Notes under the pieces: generated by a model
What the model saw: the letters and a program-made list of their open reading frames with translations, nothing else
Told to the model about the DNA's origin: nothing
Databases searched by the model: none
Shown: positions 9,180-18,767 of the stretch, piece after piece
How the letters are laid out: the number at the start of each line of letters is the position of its first letter
Position numbering within the stretch: position 1 is the stretch's first letter
Origin: an uncultured Candidatus Saccharibacteria bacterium
Lineage (GTDB): Bacteria; Patescibacteriota; Minisyncoccia; Phycocordibacterales; CAIZLB01
Length of the DNA: 64,000 nucleotides
Assembly (NCBI GenBank): GCA_964467385.1
Contig: CAYXQC010000002.1
Span: forward strand, 65,625 to 129,624
Reading direction: 5' to 3'
Translations under genes and position numbers: made by a program

Positions 9180-10358
9180 TTATTGATTTGCTGAATATAC
9201 TAGATTCAGTCCAGAAATTGATTTTTGGAGAATGTGCGTTGGATTTTTTACAATCACTCCAATGCTAACAAGCGCATCTTTAAGTTCTTTTCTTTTGAAT
9301 ACTACAGAATCTTGATAGTCTGGGAGCGCAATTTGGTTGTTGCCAAGTGACCATTCGTATTGCAGGTCGCTCGATCGGCTTGGTGTACTAAAGAAATAAG
9401 GGAAAGCCGAAATCTCCACGTCTCTACCTTTCACTGCATAGTCGTTTCGAAGCGCTTTGTTAAAGATGATTCCGTAGAGTGGATTATTTTCATATAGAAG
9501 TGTTTGTGGGAAAACGTGAGAAATAGTAAATCCATTTAAACCCTTATAATTAGGGTCTTTTGCTGCATATACCTCGGCTTGGATAAGGGTTGGTTTTAGG
9601 AGAATTGAACCTGTGAAATTATAAGAATTTTTACCAAAACCTGAATTGTCACCGTCAACTTCCCTATCAATTTTCCAGTTATAAATAATATTGCTCGAAT
9701 CAACCCTTTTTCCGTTCATTACAATGTTCGGCATTGCGACAAATGTAACATTTGATTCTGGTGTAAAAAGTGCCTTACCTTTGTAAAAAGGTGGTGTATA
9801 TGTATTTGCCTGCCAGAGAATATCAACGTCTACTGGTGCGAATGTGAATGTTTTTACAATATCAGGTGCATTTTTTGGAGAAATAGTTACTCGTACTATA
9901 TTTGTCGTACCAGCTTCTCCTGCTACAAATGAAAATGTTTTCTTCCCAATACCTCGAAGGCTGGTTTTTCCATCAACTGTCCATGTGATAAGTTCTTTGT
10001 TGAGATCGATTCCGTATGTCTCTACAGAAATATCCACAGTTTCTCCAGGTTGTGGAATTTCAGGACTTACTTCTGCATATACTTCTTCTTTGATCTGAGG
10101 TAGTTTTCCAGTGAAAGGGATACTGTTGTCACTGACTGTTCCATCGGCATTGTATATAGGATCACTTGTGTTTGATCCGTTACCATACGCATCTGCTTGT
10201 GCATCGTTGTTATAAAAAACAGGAGTTACTTGAGCGGAAACCACAGGGGATATTGCAACCTGAAGAGATAATAAAGAAAAAATAAATAAAAACACAACCA
10301 CACTTGATATTTTTCTGATATTTTTTTTAGACCAACTAAGCGTTTTCTGCATACTCAA
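9180..10358 (-). CDS. Secreted hypothetical protein (T4SS-like operon)
   Basis: 392 aa with N-terminal signal peptide/TM (ISSVVVFLFIFSLLSLQVAISPVVSAQV). No recognisable catalytic motif. Confidence 0.45.
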   Translation of the reverse strand: MSMQKTLSWSKKNIRKISSVVVFLFIFSLLSLQVAISPVVSAQVTPVFYNNDAQADAYGNGSNTSDPIYNADGTVSDNSIPFTGKLPQIKEEVYAEVSPEIPQPGETVDISVETYGIDLNKELITWTVDGKTSLRGIGKKTFSFVAGEAGTTNIVRVTISPKNAPDIVKTFTFAPVDVDILWQANTYTPPFYKGKALFTPESNVTFVAMPNIVMNGKRVDSSNIIYNWKIDREVDGDNSGFGKNSYNFTGSILLKPTLIQAEVYAAKDPNYKGLNGFTISHVFPQTLLYENNPLYGIIFNKALRNDYAVKGRDVEISAFPYFFSTPSRSSDLQYEWSLGNNQIALPDYQDSVVFKRKELKDALVSIGVIVKNPTHILQKSISGLNLVYSANQ

Positions 10359-10387
10359 TACAGTATATCAAACATTGTGTACAAGCA

Positions 10388-10915
10388 TTATGCGTAAGGT
10401 GTTCCTGAATGAATAATCTTGTTTATTTTAGGGTGTTGTATTAGATAAATCGATCGAGTGTAGAATGGTATGATGTTTATATAAGGTATCATTTCACCAA
10501 AAATAAATTTGAATGCCTTCCAGAATTCAGCATCTGTGACGCCTCGTCTAATACACATAATATAGAGATTAAATACAGCAGCAGGAACTATTATGCAAAA
10601 GTTAATGACCCAGCCAACTATTGGGACAAGACCTACTAGAAACCCTGCAATATCCCAAAATACCGCCATTCCATATACTGCAGTAAAATTTTTACTTTGA
10701 ATATTTGTACTAGACCCATCATTCCCTCGAGACTTATTTATCATCCTCATATTTGGGTTCGGAGACCAGGTTTTTGGTCTTTTTCCAGCACGCAATGCAA
10801 ATTGTTGCTGTTTTTCGGTAATGGTCTGAAGTCTCTCTTCTTCTAGGTAAGTATTTTCACCATCCAGATTTGGTGCTGGCCTAGGATTGTTTGGTCTTAT
10901 AGATAGCGTATCCAT
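10388..10915 (-). CDS. Small two-TM membrane protein (T4SS-like operon)
   Basis: 175 aa with a polar N-terminal half and two C-terminal TM helices (AVFWDIAGFLVGLVPIVGWVINFCIIVPAAVFNLYIM). It lies directly downstream of the VirB4 gene. Confidence 0.45.
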   Translation of the reverse strand: MDTLSIRPNNPRPAPNLDGENTYLEEERLQTITEKQQQFALRAGKRPKTWSPNPNMRMINKSRGNDGSSTNIQSKNFTAVYGMAVFWDIAGFLVGLVPIVGWVINFCIIVPAAVFNLYIMCIRRGVTDAEFWKAFKFIFGEMIPYINIIPFYTRSIYLIQHPKINKIIHSGTPYA

Positions 10916-10933
10916 CGTATCTCTATACTATCA

Positions 10934-12928
10934 TTAATTTCCGTTCGGTCGTGTTTTTGTGAGGCCGGAAGGTGTTACATTTGCTGATGGTGTGCCGATG
11001 TTATTTATACTTATATCGCTAATGCTCACCTTCTCTTCTCCTGTAGCCCCTAGTGCACTATTCATAAAATTTGTGCTGGCACTAATGTTCTGTGAAAACT
11101 CTGTTTCTCCTCCAAGACCTCGATTGGCAAGATCTGCCTTGGCTTTTTTCATATTAATCACTTGTGACGGTGCTGATGTAATGATCTGATCTTCTGTGTA
11201 TGATGCGATTACTTTAATAGCTACATGTTTTAGTCCGGCAAAGAAAATTCCCTCTCCTACATCTGACTCGAGCAAGAGATATTTTTCCTCATCGGTAAGA
11301 TTGAAGGTTTTTTGTACTACGTCGATAGATGACGGTGACTGCTTCAACAAAAGCTGAATAGAAGAGTTTGTGATAATTGGTAAGCCGTATGGTGATTTGA
11401 GGAAGTCCTCAACGTCTTGTGTAATTGTGGCTACACCGAGGTAGTATTTTCGGCCTCGTTTTGCCAAACTGTAGAGGAATGAAGCTGTATCTTCGGATTT
11501 CATCATCCACCATGCCTCGTCGATAACCATAAGTCTTTTTTTCAACTCTTTTCGGATCTGATTCCAGATGAAGTGCATTACGATGTACATCGCTACAGGT
11601 TTCAATTCATCTTCCATGTCTCGAAGTGAGAATACTACGAACTTTTTGTTGATATCAACGTTTGATGGTCTGTTGATGAATCCAGCCCAAGAACCTTTTG
11701 TATATTTTGTAAGTCTCTGTACAAGTGACTCCCCTCCTTCCATACCTGCAAGCACAAGCTCGAAGTCGGACATAAGTGGCGGTTCAACAGCTGCAAAGTT
11801 TGATTCGGGTGTAATATCCTTGAGTGCGTAGGTTTCAGTAATTGCTCGGTCAATAATCGCATCTTCTTCAGGGCTAAGACCTCCGAGCATGATTCGGAAA
11901 AGCCCTACGAGGTTGATGATGTTTGATCGAAGTACATCGGCGTTTGACTCATCTTCTCGTGCTGCTGGGAGATCGAATGGGTTGATATGGTGTTCGGAGC
12001 TGAGGGATATATTGAAAAATCGCCCACCGGTTGTTTCGGCAAGATATTCATATTCTCGTTCAGGGTCGAGTACGATTACGTCAGTATCGAACATCATTGA
12101 ACGCAAGATCTCGAGTTTTGTTGTATATGATTTACCAGAACCTGACTTTGCAAATGTGATTGAGTTGTAGTTTTCAAGTGAGAATCGGTCAAAAAGAATA
12201 AGTGAAGAGTTGTGTCGGTTAATTCCGTACAAAATACCCTTGTCTGATGTGAGGTCGAATGAAATGAATGGAAAAACGCTTGAAAGAGGTGCAGAGTTGA
12301 GCTTTGAGTGAATATTGAGCTGGTCATCTGCGATAGGAAGAACACTCTTATAGCCTTGTTCTTGCTGGAAAAGGGCTGGCTTTAAGTATACAAGGCTGGC
12401 TTCGAGGATTGATTTTACTTCTGACTCGATCTTATCAAGTTCACTTTCATTGTCACCATAGATAGATATGTAAAGTCCTACATCGAAAATCTTTTCCTGT
12501 GCCTGTTGAAGGTTATCTCGTAGTGCTTCAAGGTCTTGGTACGCGGTGTCAAGAACAGGGTCTCGTACAAGTCCCTTTTCTTCTCGAAGGTGAATCTGGC
12601 TCTGCACTTCTGCTACTTTTTTCTGGAATGTTCGAAGTACTGATGCTGTATCGATTGGGTGCACGAAGATGGAAATATCGAAAATCTTGTCGAGGTTGAT
12701 GATTGGGGCAAACCAGCTCGCTGAAAGGAATCGAGGATATGAAATTACAAAGAAAGTTCGGACAAGTTTGTCGCCAAGATTTAGTGCACGAGGGCTAATT
12801 TTGAGCGCAGAAGGGGCAATAATGTCTTGGAGTTCCAAAACACCAGACTGGTAAATCTCCTGCGGCAAAATAGACGCAATCGGGTCAGCCTTCTTTTGTG
12901 TTGGTTTTAAAAAGTCGAAGATTCCCAT
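10934..12928 (-). CDS. virB4: Type IV secretion ATPase VirB4/TrbE/PrgJ family
   Basis: 664 aa. The N-terminal domain matches Gram-positive VirB4 (VRTFFVISYPRFL...DISIFVHPID). Walker A is FAKSGSGKSYTT and Walker B is VIDEAWWMM. Confidence 0.85.
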   Translation of the reverse strand: MGIFDFLKPTQKKADPIASILPQEIYQSGVLELQDIIAPSALKISPRALNLGDKLVRTFFVISYPRFLSASWFAPIINLDKIFDISIFVHPIDTASVLRTFQKKVAEVQSQIHLREEKGLVRDPVLDTAYQDLEALRDNLQQAQEKIFDVGLYISIYGDNESELDKIESEVKSILEASLVYLKPALFQQEQGYKSVLPIADDQLNIHSKLNSAPLSSVFPFISFDLTSDKGILYGINRHNSSLILFDRFSLENYNSITFAKSGSGKSYTTKLEILRSMMFDTDVIVLDPEREYEYLAETTGGRFFNISLSSEHHINPFDLPAAREDESNADVLRSNIINLVGLFRIMLGGLSPEEDAIIDRAITETYALKDITPESNFAAVEPPLMSDFELVLAGMEGGESLVQRLTKYTKGSWAGFINRPSNVDINKKFVVFSLRDMEDELKPVAMYIVMHFIWNQIRKELKKRLMVIDEAWWMMKSEDTASFLYSLAKRGRKYYLGVATITQDVEDFLKSPYGLPIITNSSIQLLLKQSPSSIDVVQKTFNLTDEEKYLLLESDVGEGIFFAGLKHVAIKVIASYTEDQIITSAPSQVINMKKAKADLANRGLGGETEFSQNISASTNFMNSALGATGEEKVSISDISINNIGTPSANVTPSGLTKTRPNGN

Positions 12929-12943
12929 GGTGGTGCGTTATTG

Positions 12944-13591
12944 TTACTGTTGATTAAGGTGAATAGGTTTCTCGATATCGCCTGGATTGAATGTTTTGTA
13001 GAAAAGTTCGATCAATTCTTCTGTTCCTAGGTGAGCGATTCGGATTCCACATCGGACAAGTCCTTGTTCTACCACTTCCATTCGCTGCTGAAGTTGGCTC
13101 TTTGTCTCTTCGAAGGTTGCAGTGTCTTCAGCAGCTTTGGTCTTTTTGTCTTTGTTACCAAGAAAAGTGTTTTTAAGTGCGTTTGTGCCTCCGATAACTG
13201 GCGCTGAGTATGGGATAACAATAAAGAAGCTCTTGGTCATAATGCTTGTTGACTCAGTGAAACTTCGGATGAATTCGATATATTCTCGAGTCTGCATTTT
13301 CATCAAATCCCCTACTTGATCTTTAAGTCGCTCCTCTAAAAGGGCTATGTAAGGTCGTATATCAAGTCTTCGTGACTGTGTATAGATCTGAACTGAGAAG
13401 TTTATTGAGTTTAGAAAATTTTGAAATTGAAAAATGATAGATTGCTGCTCCTCGCCTGATTTGAGGGCGAAGTTCAATGATGATGCAAGAAGAATTGCAC
13501 GAAGTGAACCATCTTTGAGTACAATAACACCGTCTCTAATTTCTTTAATAGGAACAAATGCTTGTGTAGGTCTTGCATCGATGGTCGCCAT
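12944..13591 (-). CDS. Stand-alone VirB4 N-terminal-domain-like protein
   Basis: 215 aa. The N-terminus FVPIKEIRDGVIVLKDGSLRAILLASSLNFALKSGEEQQSII...LNSINFSVQIYTQSRRLD follows the pattern of the VirB4 N-terminal (CagE_TrbE_VirB) domain. No ATPase motifs are present. Confidence 0.5.
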   Translation of the reverse strand: MATIDARPTQAFVPIKEIRDGVIVLKDGSLRAILLASSLNFALKSGEEQQSIIFQFQNFLNSINFSVQIYTQSRRLDIRPYIALLEERLKDQVGDLMKMQTREYIEFIRSFTESTSIMTKSFFIVIPYSAPVIGGTNALKNTFLGNKDKKTKAAEDTATFEETKSQLQQRMEVVEQGLVRCGIRIAHLGTEELIELFYKTFNPGDIEKPIHLNQQ

Positions 13592-13696
13592 AGATGCAAT
13601 TATAGCAGATATTTTTTACACATGCTTTTTCTGTGGGTTGTTTGTGTTTTAAAAATGGAGGCGCACCATATCTTTAGAAAAATTTGAGCGAAAAAT

Positions 13697-14164
13697 CTAA
13701 AAAGGTCTCTGTATTGGCGCATCTTTTCTACTCTCAAGTTTTCCAGATTCACGAGAATAAATAGTTTCGTTGATATCAAGGCTCCATGCGAGATCTTTTA
13801 GATGGCTCTCAGATAGTTTTGGTACGGTCACAGAGGTTTTTGTTAGTTGAAGTGCCTCACTGATACTTTTAGGTGCGATTTTTTTATCAACTTTTTTCCA
13901 AATGTAGAGTTTCTGTGTAAGTGCATAGTTAAAGGCTGACTCGATCATCTCTATAAAAGGACGATTATTTGGTCGATACATAGAAAGAAGACCTGCAAAT
14001 AGTGCACAAGGAATCATAACTATGATCGCCCAGAAAAACGGAAGCATTCGGTACGCAATGAAGCAGAGTCCTGCCCCACCAGCTATGTACACGAACTGTT
14101 TAAACGTAAATGGGCCAAAAATCTTATCTTCTACCTCGATGAATTGTGGAACTTGATAGCGCAT
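13697..14164 (-). CDS. PrgI/VirB3-like small membrane protein
   Basis: 155 aa. A cytoplasmic N-terminus (VPQFIEVEDKIFGPFTFKQFVYIAGG) is followed by a TM hairpin, the typical PrgI/VirB3 architecture. Its position upstream of VirB4 fits. Confidence 0.5.
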   Translation of the reverse strand: MRYQVPQFIEVEDKIFGPFTFKQFVYIAGGAGLCFIAYRMLPFFWAIIVMIPCALFAGLLSMYRPNNRPFIEMIESAFNYALTQKLYIWKKVDKKIAPKSISEALQLTKTSVTVPKLSESHLKDLAWSLDINETIYSRESGKLESRKDAPIQRPF

Positions 14165-14206
14165 CGTTTATTGTGCATTGTGCGCAAGTGTTGCGCGAAA
14201 TTGTGA

Positions 14207-14533
14207 TTATATTGTACCACCCTCTTGAATCATTCGCATATTTTCTTGAATTGGTCGGAGGATTTTTCTGTTTACATCCATGACGAGCTCACCTGCTCTT
14301 GTTGGATCCAATCGGAGTTCCTTCTCTACTTTCTCGAGCATGCTCCCTCCTTCAAAGGTACCAAATACAACCTCGGCAATTATTGATTCTAAAGTAGCAG
14401 CTTGATCAATGTGCAGTTTGTAAACAGTATGAATTTCTTTTAACACCTGATCATAGTTGAATTTTCTAATGGCTTGTTTTGCATCTTCTGGGAGTTTTTC
14501 AAACCCTTCCCTTGATTCTATTGAGTTTGTCAT
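14207..14533 (-). CDS. Hypothetical cytoplasmic protein (T4SS-like operon)
   Basis: 108 aa with no TM and no recognisable motif. Confidence 0.4.
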   Translation of the reverse strand: MTNSIESREGFEKLPEDAKQAIRKFNYDQVLKEIHTVYKLHIDQAATLESIIAEVVFGTFEGGSMLEKVEKELRLDPTRAGELVMDVNRKILRPIQENMRMIQEGGTI

Positions 14534-14571
14534 GGGTATAGTATACAGGAAACTGTGGAAAGCTGGACTAT

Positions 14572-15315
14572 CTAGAGTACTGGTTCTCTGTAAGGATCAG
14601 TTTTTTTAGGTACAAACACCTCTTTTGGAATAGAAGCTGAAGGGGTTGTGAGTTTTGCATCTAGTTTCTGAACTATGTTTTCAGCTGGGTTTGTGTGTGG
14701 TTTGTTTGAGAAACCTATCTCAAGGGCTGGTTTGATCGAGGTGCTGATATTGTTTGTTGTGTTTTGTGCGATGGATGCTGTTGGTGTTGTAGGGTTTTGT
14801 ATGCCCTGTGCTGGTTTATTTCCAGGGATTGTTAGATTTGATGGGGTTGGGTTTTCGATTTCGCTTAGGATGTCGTGGTGAGAGAGTGGTTCGGGGGTGG
14901 TTTTTTCTTGTGCCATGTCAATATCTCTTTTGCTACTGTACGCCGCGTTTGGCTGATCAGGATCCGTTACAGGGTACTGAATTTCTCGAAGTAATTTATC
15001 AGGTAAACAAGTTGAATAAAAACCTTCAATAACAGGATCAGTTTCCTCCTCGTTTAGGTTGAGGGTTTCTATTATCGAACTAATAAAATCTTCTTCAGAT
15101 ATGAGTCCTAGTAAAAACTGTGACGTTTTTCCTCGAATAATATCGATTAACAGTTGTTTGTCTTTTGTATTTGGTCTACATCGATCAATGAAAGCCAAAA
15201 AGTTAATATTTGAATATATTTTTAAGATAAATTCTTGGATGTTTTTTGAGCTCCTCTCTAAGTTTTTTTGGTATATTTGTGTGTCGATGATATTCATTTG
15301 TGTTTTTTGAAACAA
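14572..15315 (-). CDS. Hypothetical protein with a Pro/Thr-rich C-terminal tail (T4SS-like operon)
   Basis: 247 aa: a globular N-terminal half and a low-complexity P/T/N-rich C-terminal half. Confidence 0.4.
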   Translation of the reverse strand: MFQKTQMNIIDTQIYQKNLERSSKNIQEFILKIYSNINFLAFIDRCRPNTKDKQLLIDIIRGKTSQFLLGLISEEDFISSIIETLNLNEEETDPVIEGFYSTCLPDKLLREIQYPVTDPDQPNAAYSSKRDIDMAQEKTTPEPLSHHDILSEIENPTPSNLTIPGNKPAQGIQNPTTPTASIAQNTTNNISTSIKPALEIGFSNKPHTNPAENIVQKLDAKLTTPSASIPKEVFVPKKTDPYREPVL

Positions 15316-15325
15316 GGTCCAGTGG

Positions 15326-17353
15326 CTACTTATCTTTACTTTCAGATCTTTCTATTCTGTCCAATTTATCAACAGTGTCTTCGTAGCCTTTAATTATAGC
15401 CTGCTGATCACTTTTCATTCCACGAAGTGAACTTTCAAGTGAGTTTAATGCATTCATCTCAGCAGCTTGATGCTTAGGATCGAGACCTACCATTCTTTTA
15501 TGAGTGTCAGCGATTTGTTCATCGATTTTGCTTATACGCTCTTGTGCCTTTTCATAGTTTTCTTTTGAGAATTTACCACCGGCAATACCTTTATCTTTAT
15601 TTGCATCCTGAATAAGAGCTTCAAGAGCCTCCTTGTTTTTTGGTGCACTAGATTTTTTCTTGGCTTTTGATAAGGCGGTTTTACTTGCATAGCTAAAAGT
15701 CGTACCTTTCAAATATCTTTTCTCAGCTTCTTTACCCGCAGGACCTTTTAATGCACCCTCAATCAAATTACCTCTCTCTGAGTACATTTTTGTTTTATCT
15801 TTCACTACATCATTAAAGCTTTTATTGTTACCATCTGGTCCAATTTTGAGATCTTTCAGTTTCTTACCTCTCTGCATAAGTGCAGCTGCGCCCAAACCAC
15901 CGAAAGGTAATCTCGCAGCTGCACCTGCCAAAGCTTTATTTTCAGATAAGAATGTACCAAGTCCACCAGCTGTATTTCTGGTTATACTTAAAGCAGCATT
16001 TGCTCCACTGAAAGTCATACCCAGGCTCTTTGCCCAACCTTTCCCTCTTTTTTCCCATTCCTTCGCACCATAAGCTCCAAAACTTGATGCAATTATTAGG
16101 CAACCAAGCATCATGGCAATTAAAATGGCGAATGTCATAACAGCGCCAATCATGTTTGTGCTTCCTGCGAACATGTCTATAAATGTTCCTGTGTATTTCT
16201 TTCCATCGATGGTTACACCACTAAATGTTCCACTTGGGTTTTTTCCAATCATACTAATTACTAGATATAACAAGGCCATGTATGCTGGTGCAAAAAGCAA
16301 ATTATTTTTCAGTTTTGACCACCATTTACCTGACTCGCTACCAACAGCAGGAAGTATGTCACCGAGAACAGCCACAGGTGAAAGGATCATTAAGAAAATA
16401 AGTTCGACTGTGCGCACTAACATCATTAATGCTCCTGCAAAAAAGACAAGCGCGGTGATGAGTACTAGAACAATTCCGCCAATACTTGCAATCAATAGGT
16501 TTGTTGAATTAAGTCCAAGTTTAGAAGCCTCACCTATTCCGAGTGATGATGCACCGCCGTTAGCTGTTTCACCAGCTGCTTGACCTCCGATACTAAAAAT
16601 TTTATCCATTCCTAATGCCTTCGTGAACGCTGCTGATATTCCCGAGTCTAGATCATTTGCATTTGCGCCTCCGGTTGTGTTCTGTGCTACGTTTATTATT
16701 TTGTGATAAAACTGAAGCGCCATAATATTTGAAGCATCGATTGCTACTTGCGTAAAAAACAGACTAAAGTTTATAAGCATCGCTCCTGCTACAACTTTGA
16801 TAAGCTTTTGCTTCGAATTAAAACCTCCATGATTGATTATGATACTGATTCCTATATACAAAATTACAAAAATAAAACAGAGATTGGCAATATCTCGGAA
16901 GGTTGACCAGCCAAGTGCAACGATAGGGATATCGTTCACAACACTTGCCATATTTAAAGAGTAATTGATAACAGCATTGAAAAAGATGGCAGCAACCCAT
17001 AAAACCCAAGAACATAGTCCGAGAATAGAGAAGGTCACTATGGAAATACAAGCAGGAATATCAAAACCCTCGTTCCATTTAAAACATGAGATTTCACTAT
17101 TTGAAGCACTTGCGGTTTGTTGCTGTTGCTGAGAATTAGCTGCATCATTGGGTCCCTTTCCTGCAACGGTTGCCTGTTTTGTAGCGTACGCAGCATTTGA
17201 ATTTGCTGATGCATTAGGATCTCTCGTTCGTGCTTGCCCAGTGGGTGCCGCTGTCTCAGCCTCAACCTTCTCAACAGGAAAAAAACCGCCCGCACAAATC
17301 GCAAAAAGCGTAACAAGAAGAATTATTTTCCGATAAAAATAACTTCCAGTCAT
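15326..17353 (-). CDS. Polytopic membrane protein, VirB6/TrbL-like candidate, with a long Lys-rich coiled-coil cytoplasmic tail
   Basis: 675 aa. A signal peptide is followed by a Gln/Ala/Asn-rich extracytoplasmic segment, at least 6 TM helices and a ~230-aa Lys/Glu-rich C-terminus. It is the large membrane component adjacent to VirB4, as in MPF systems. Confidence 0.5.
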   Translation of the reverse strand: MTGSYFYRKIILLVTLFAICAGGFFPVEKVEAETAAPTGQARTRDPNASANSNAAYATKQATVAGKGPNDAANSQQQQQTASASNSEISCFKWNEGFDIPACISIVTFSILGLCSWVLWVAAIFFNAVINYSLNMASVVNDIPIVALGWSTFRDIANLCFIFVILYIGISIIINHGGFNSKQKLIKVVAGAMLINFSLFFTQVAIDASNIMALQFYHKIINVAQNTTGGANANDLDSGISAAFTKALGMDKIFSIGGQAAGETANGGASSLGIGEASKLGLNSTNLLIASIGGIVLVLITALVFFAGALMMLVRTVELIFLMILSPVAVLGDILPAVGSESGKWWSKLKNNLLFAPAYMALLYLVISMIGKNPSGTFSGVTIDGKKYTGTFIDMFAGSTNMIGAVMTFAILIAMMLGCLIIASSFGAYGAKEWEKRGKGWAKSLGMTFSGANAALSITRNTAGGLGTFLSENKALAGAAARLPFGGLGAAALMQRGKKLKDLKIGPDGNNKSFNDVVKDKTKMYSERGNLIEGALKGPAGKEAEKRYLKGTTFSYASKTALSKAKKKSSAPKNKEALEALIQDANKDKGIAGGKFSKENYEKAQERISKIDEQIADTHKRMVGLDPKHQAAEMNALNSLESSLRGMKSDQQAIIKGYEDTVDKLDRIERSESKDK

Positions 17354-17440
17354 TTATTTTCTAAATTATACACCATGCGCATAATAAATAGCTATATGTT
17401 TCCCACAATTAGCCTTATTTCTTAAAATATTTTTACAATC

Positions 17441-18697
17441 TTATTGTTGTGCCTTTTCGAGTACCGTATTGAGTGCTTTTTTGATAAGAGAGTTTACAAG
17501 TTTTGTGATGATCTGATCAATTTTCTCAGCTGTAACAAGTCTCTGCTTTGGAATATTGAGAGTTTGTTCAAGAGATGACATGATCAAAGAACCTGGAGTA
17601 TATGTTTTACAGCTCCGAGTGTCACCTTTTTTGGCTGCAACATTGTCCTCACATCTTTTGAAGTTTAACCAGCCACTGTTGTTGTTAAGTTCGAATTTGG
17701 CAGTCTCTTGCTTGCCTGTGGCTTGTGCGGCGATGTACTTTCCTGCGTTTAGATATGTTCCCCAAACATTGTTTTGGTTGAATCGTGTGTTGTTCCAATC
17801 GCTCCAAAATCCTGCATTTCCTCCTGTTCCACCTGCCTGTTGCTGTGGTGACATGCTACATGCGATCTGTGCTGCCTGACCGGGATTTCCATACTGACTA
17901 TTGCTATAGGATTCTGATAGAGCTATCGCTACATCGGTCCGGTACTGAGGACACACATTTGAGCCGTTATTGTTGTAGGCGATACCAGAGATATATTGGC
18001 TCTGAATCTTGTCAGCGAGCCCTCTAAAGAAGTTCTCAGGGTTTTCTATGAAGGCAGGGTTACCTTTAAAGCCTGTTTTTGCCCACGCAATAGTTGCATT
18101 TGCTACATATTCGATAATTCCGTTCACGATACAATAGGCAATACCGTTAAAGCTGGCGCCGAAAGGCACACCGAGGATCTGCTGAAAAGCGTTCACTGAA
18201 GTGTCAGCTTCGGTTGCCGCTCTAGTTGAAGCCAAGTTGTCATTTTTGGCCTCTGAAACGATAGGTACATACTTCTGGGATTCGAGAGCTGAGCCTGCGG
18301 CCTTGCTTACGAGGGATTTGAGGCCTGAAGTTAGGGCTTGTCCGAGAAGTCCGCTTGCTGAACATCCGACCGCATCAGATGCAGCAGCTCCGGCTCCACC
18401 CGCTGTGCTACCACTTGACCCTGATGTGTCACTGTTATATGCCTCAGCCTGAGCATCGACTGTGCCTCCGAACCCTGCATTTGCCTGTGCAGCACCTCCT
18501 CCTCCGGCTGATCCTGTTGCAGTTGCTTGAACTTGCGATCCTGCCAGCGCTTGACCTAGAGTCTGTTCTCCTGGTGTTGTACCTGTATATGGAGTGTTTA
18601 CACTAGATGCATAACTAGTTACTGGTATAGAAAAGAGTACAAGAGCACTTACTATTGTAGATGAAATGAGTCTATTTAGATTCGGATAATTTATCAT
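17441..18697 (-). CDS. Secreted Gly/Ala/Ser-rich protein (T4SS-like operon)
   Basis: 418 aa. A signal peptide (IVSALVLFSIPVTSYASS) is followed by a long low-complexity G/A/S stretch and a globular C-terminal domain. Confidence 0.45.
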   Translation of the reverse strand: MINYPNLNRLISSTIVSALVLFSIPVTSYASSVNTPYTGTTPGEQTLGQALAGSQVQATATGSAGGGGAAQANAGFGGTVDAQAEAYNSDTSGSSGSTAGGAGAAASDAVGCSASGLLGQALTSGLKSLVSKAAGSALESQKYVPIVSEAKNDNLASTRAATEADTSVNAFQQILGVPFGASFNGIAYCIVNGIIEYVANATIAWAKTGFKGNPAFIENPENFFRGLADKIQSQYISGIAYNNNGSNVCPQYRTDVAIALSESYSNSQYGNPGQAAQIACSMSPQQQAGGTGGNAGFWSDWNNTRFNQNNVWGTYLNAGKYIAAQATGKQETAKFELNNNSGWLNFKRCEDNVAAKKGDTRSCKTYTPGSLIMSSLEQTLNIPKQRLVTAEKIDQIITKLVNSLIKKALNTVLEKAQQ

Positions 18698-18767
18698 GAT
18701 TACAATTCTCTTTAACTTACTTAACCTTAATTGAAATTTGATTCAAAACACTGGCTGTATCGAATCT

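Noticed and set aside
16113-16583. 156-aa plus-strand ORF within the VirB6-like gene
   Set aside because: It is antisense to the polytopic membrane-protein gene. Hydrophobic antisense frames are common opposite TM-coding DNA.
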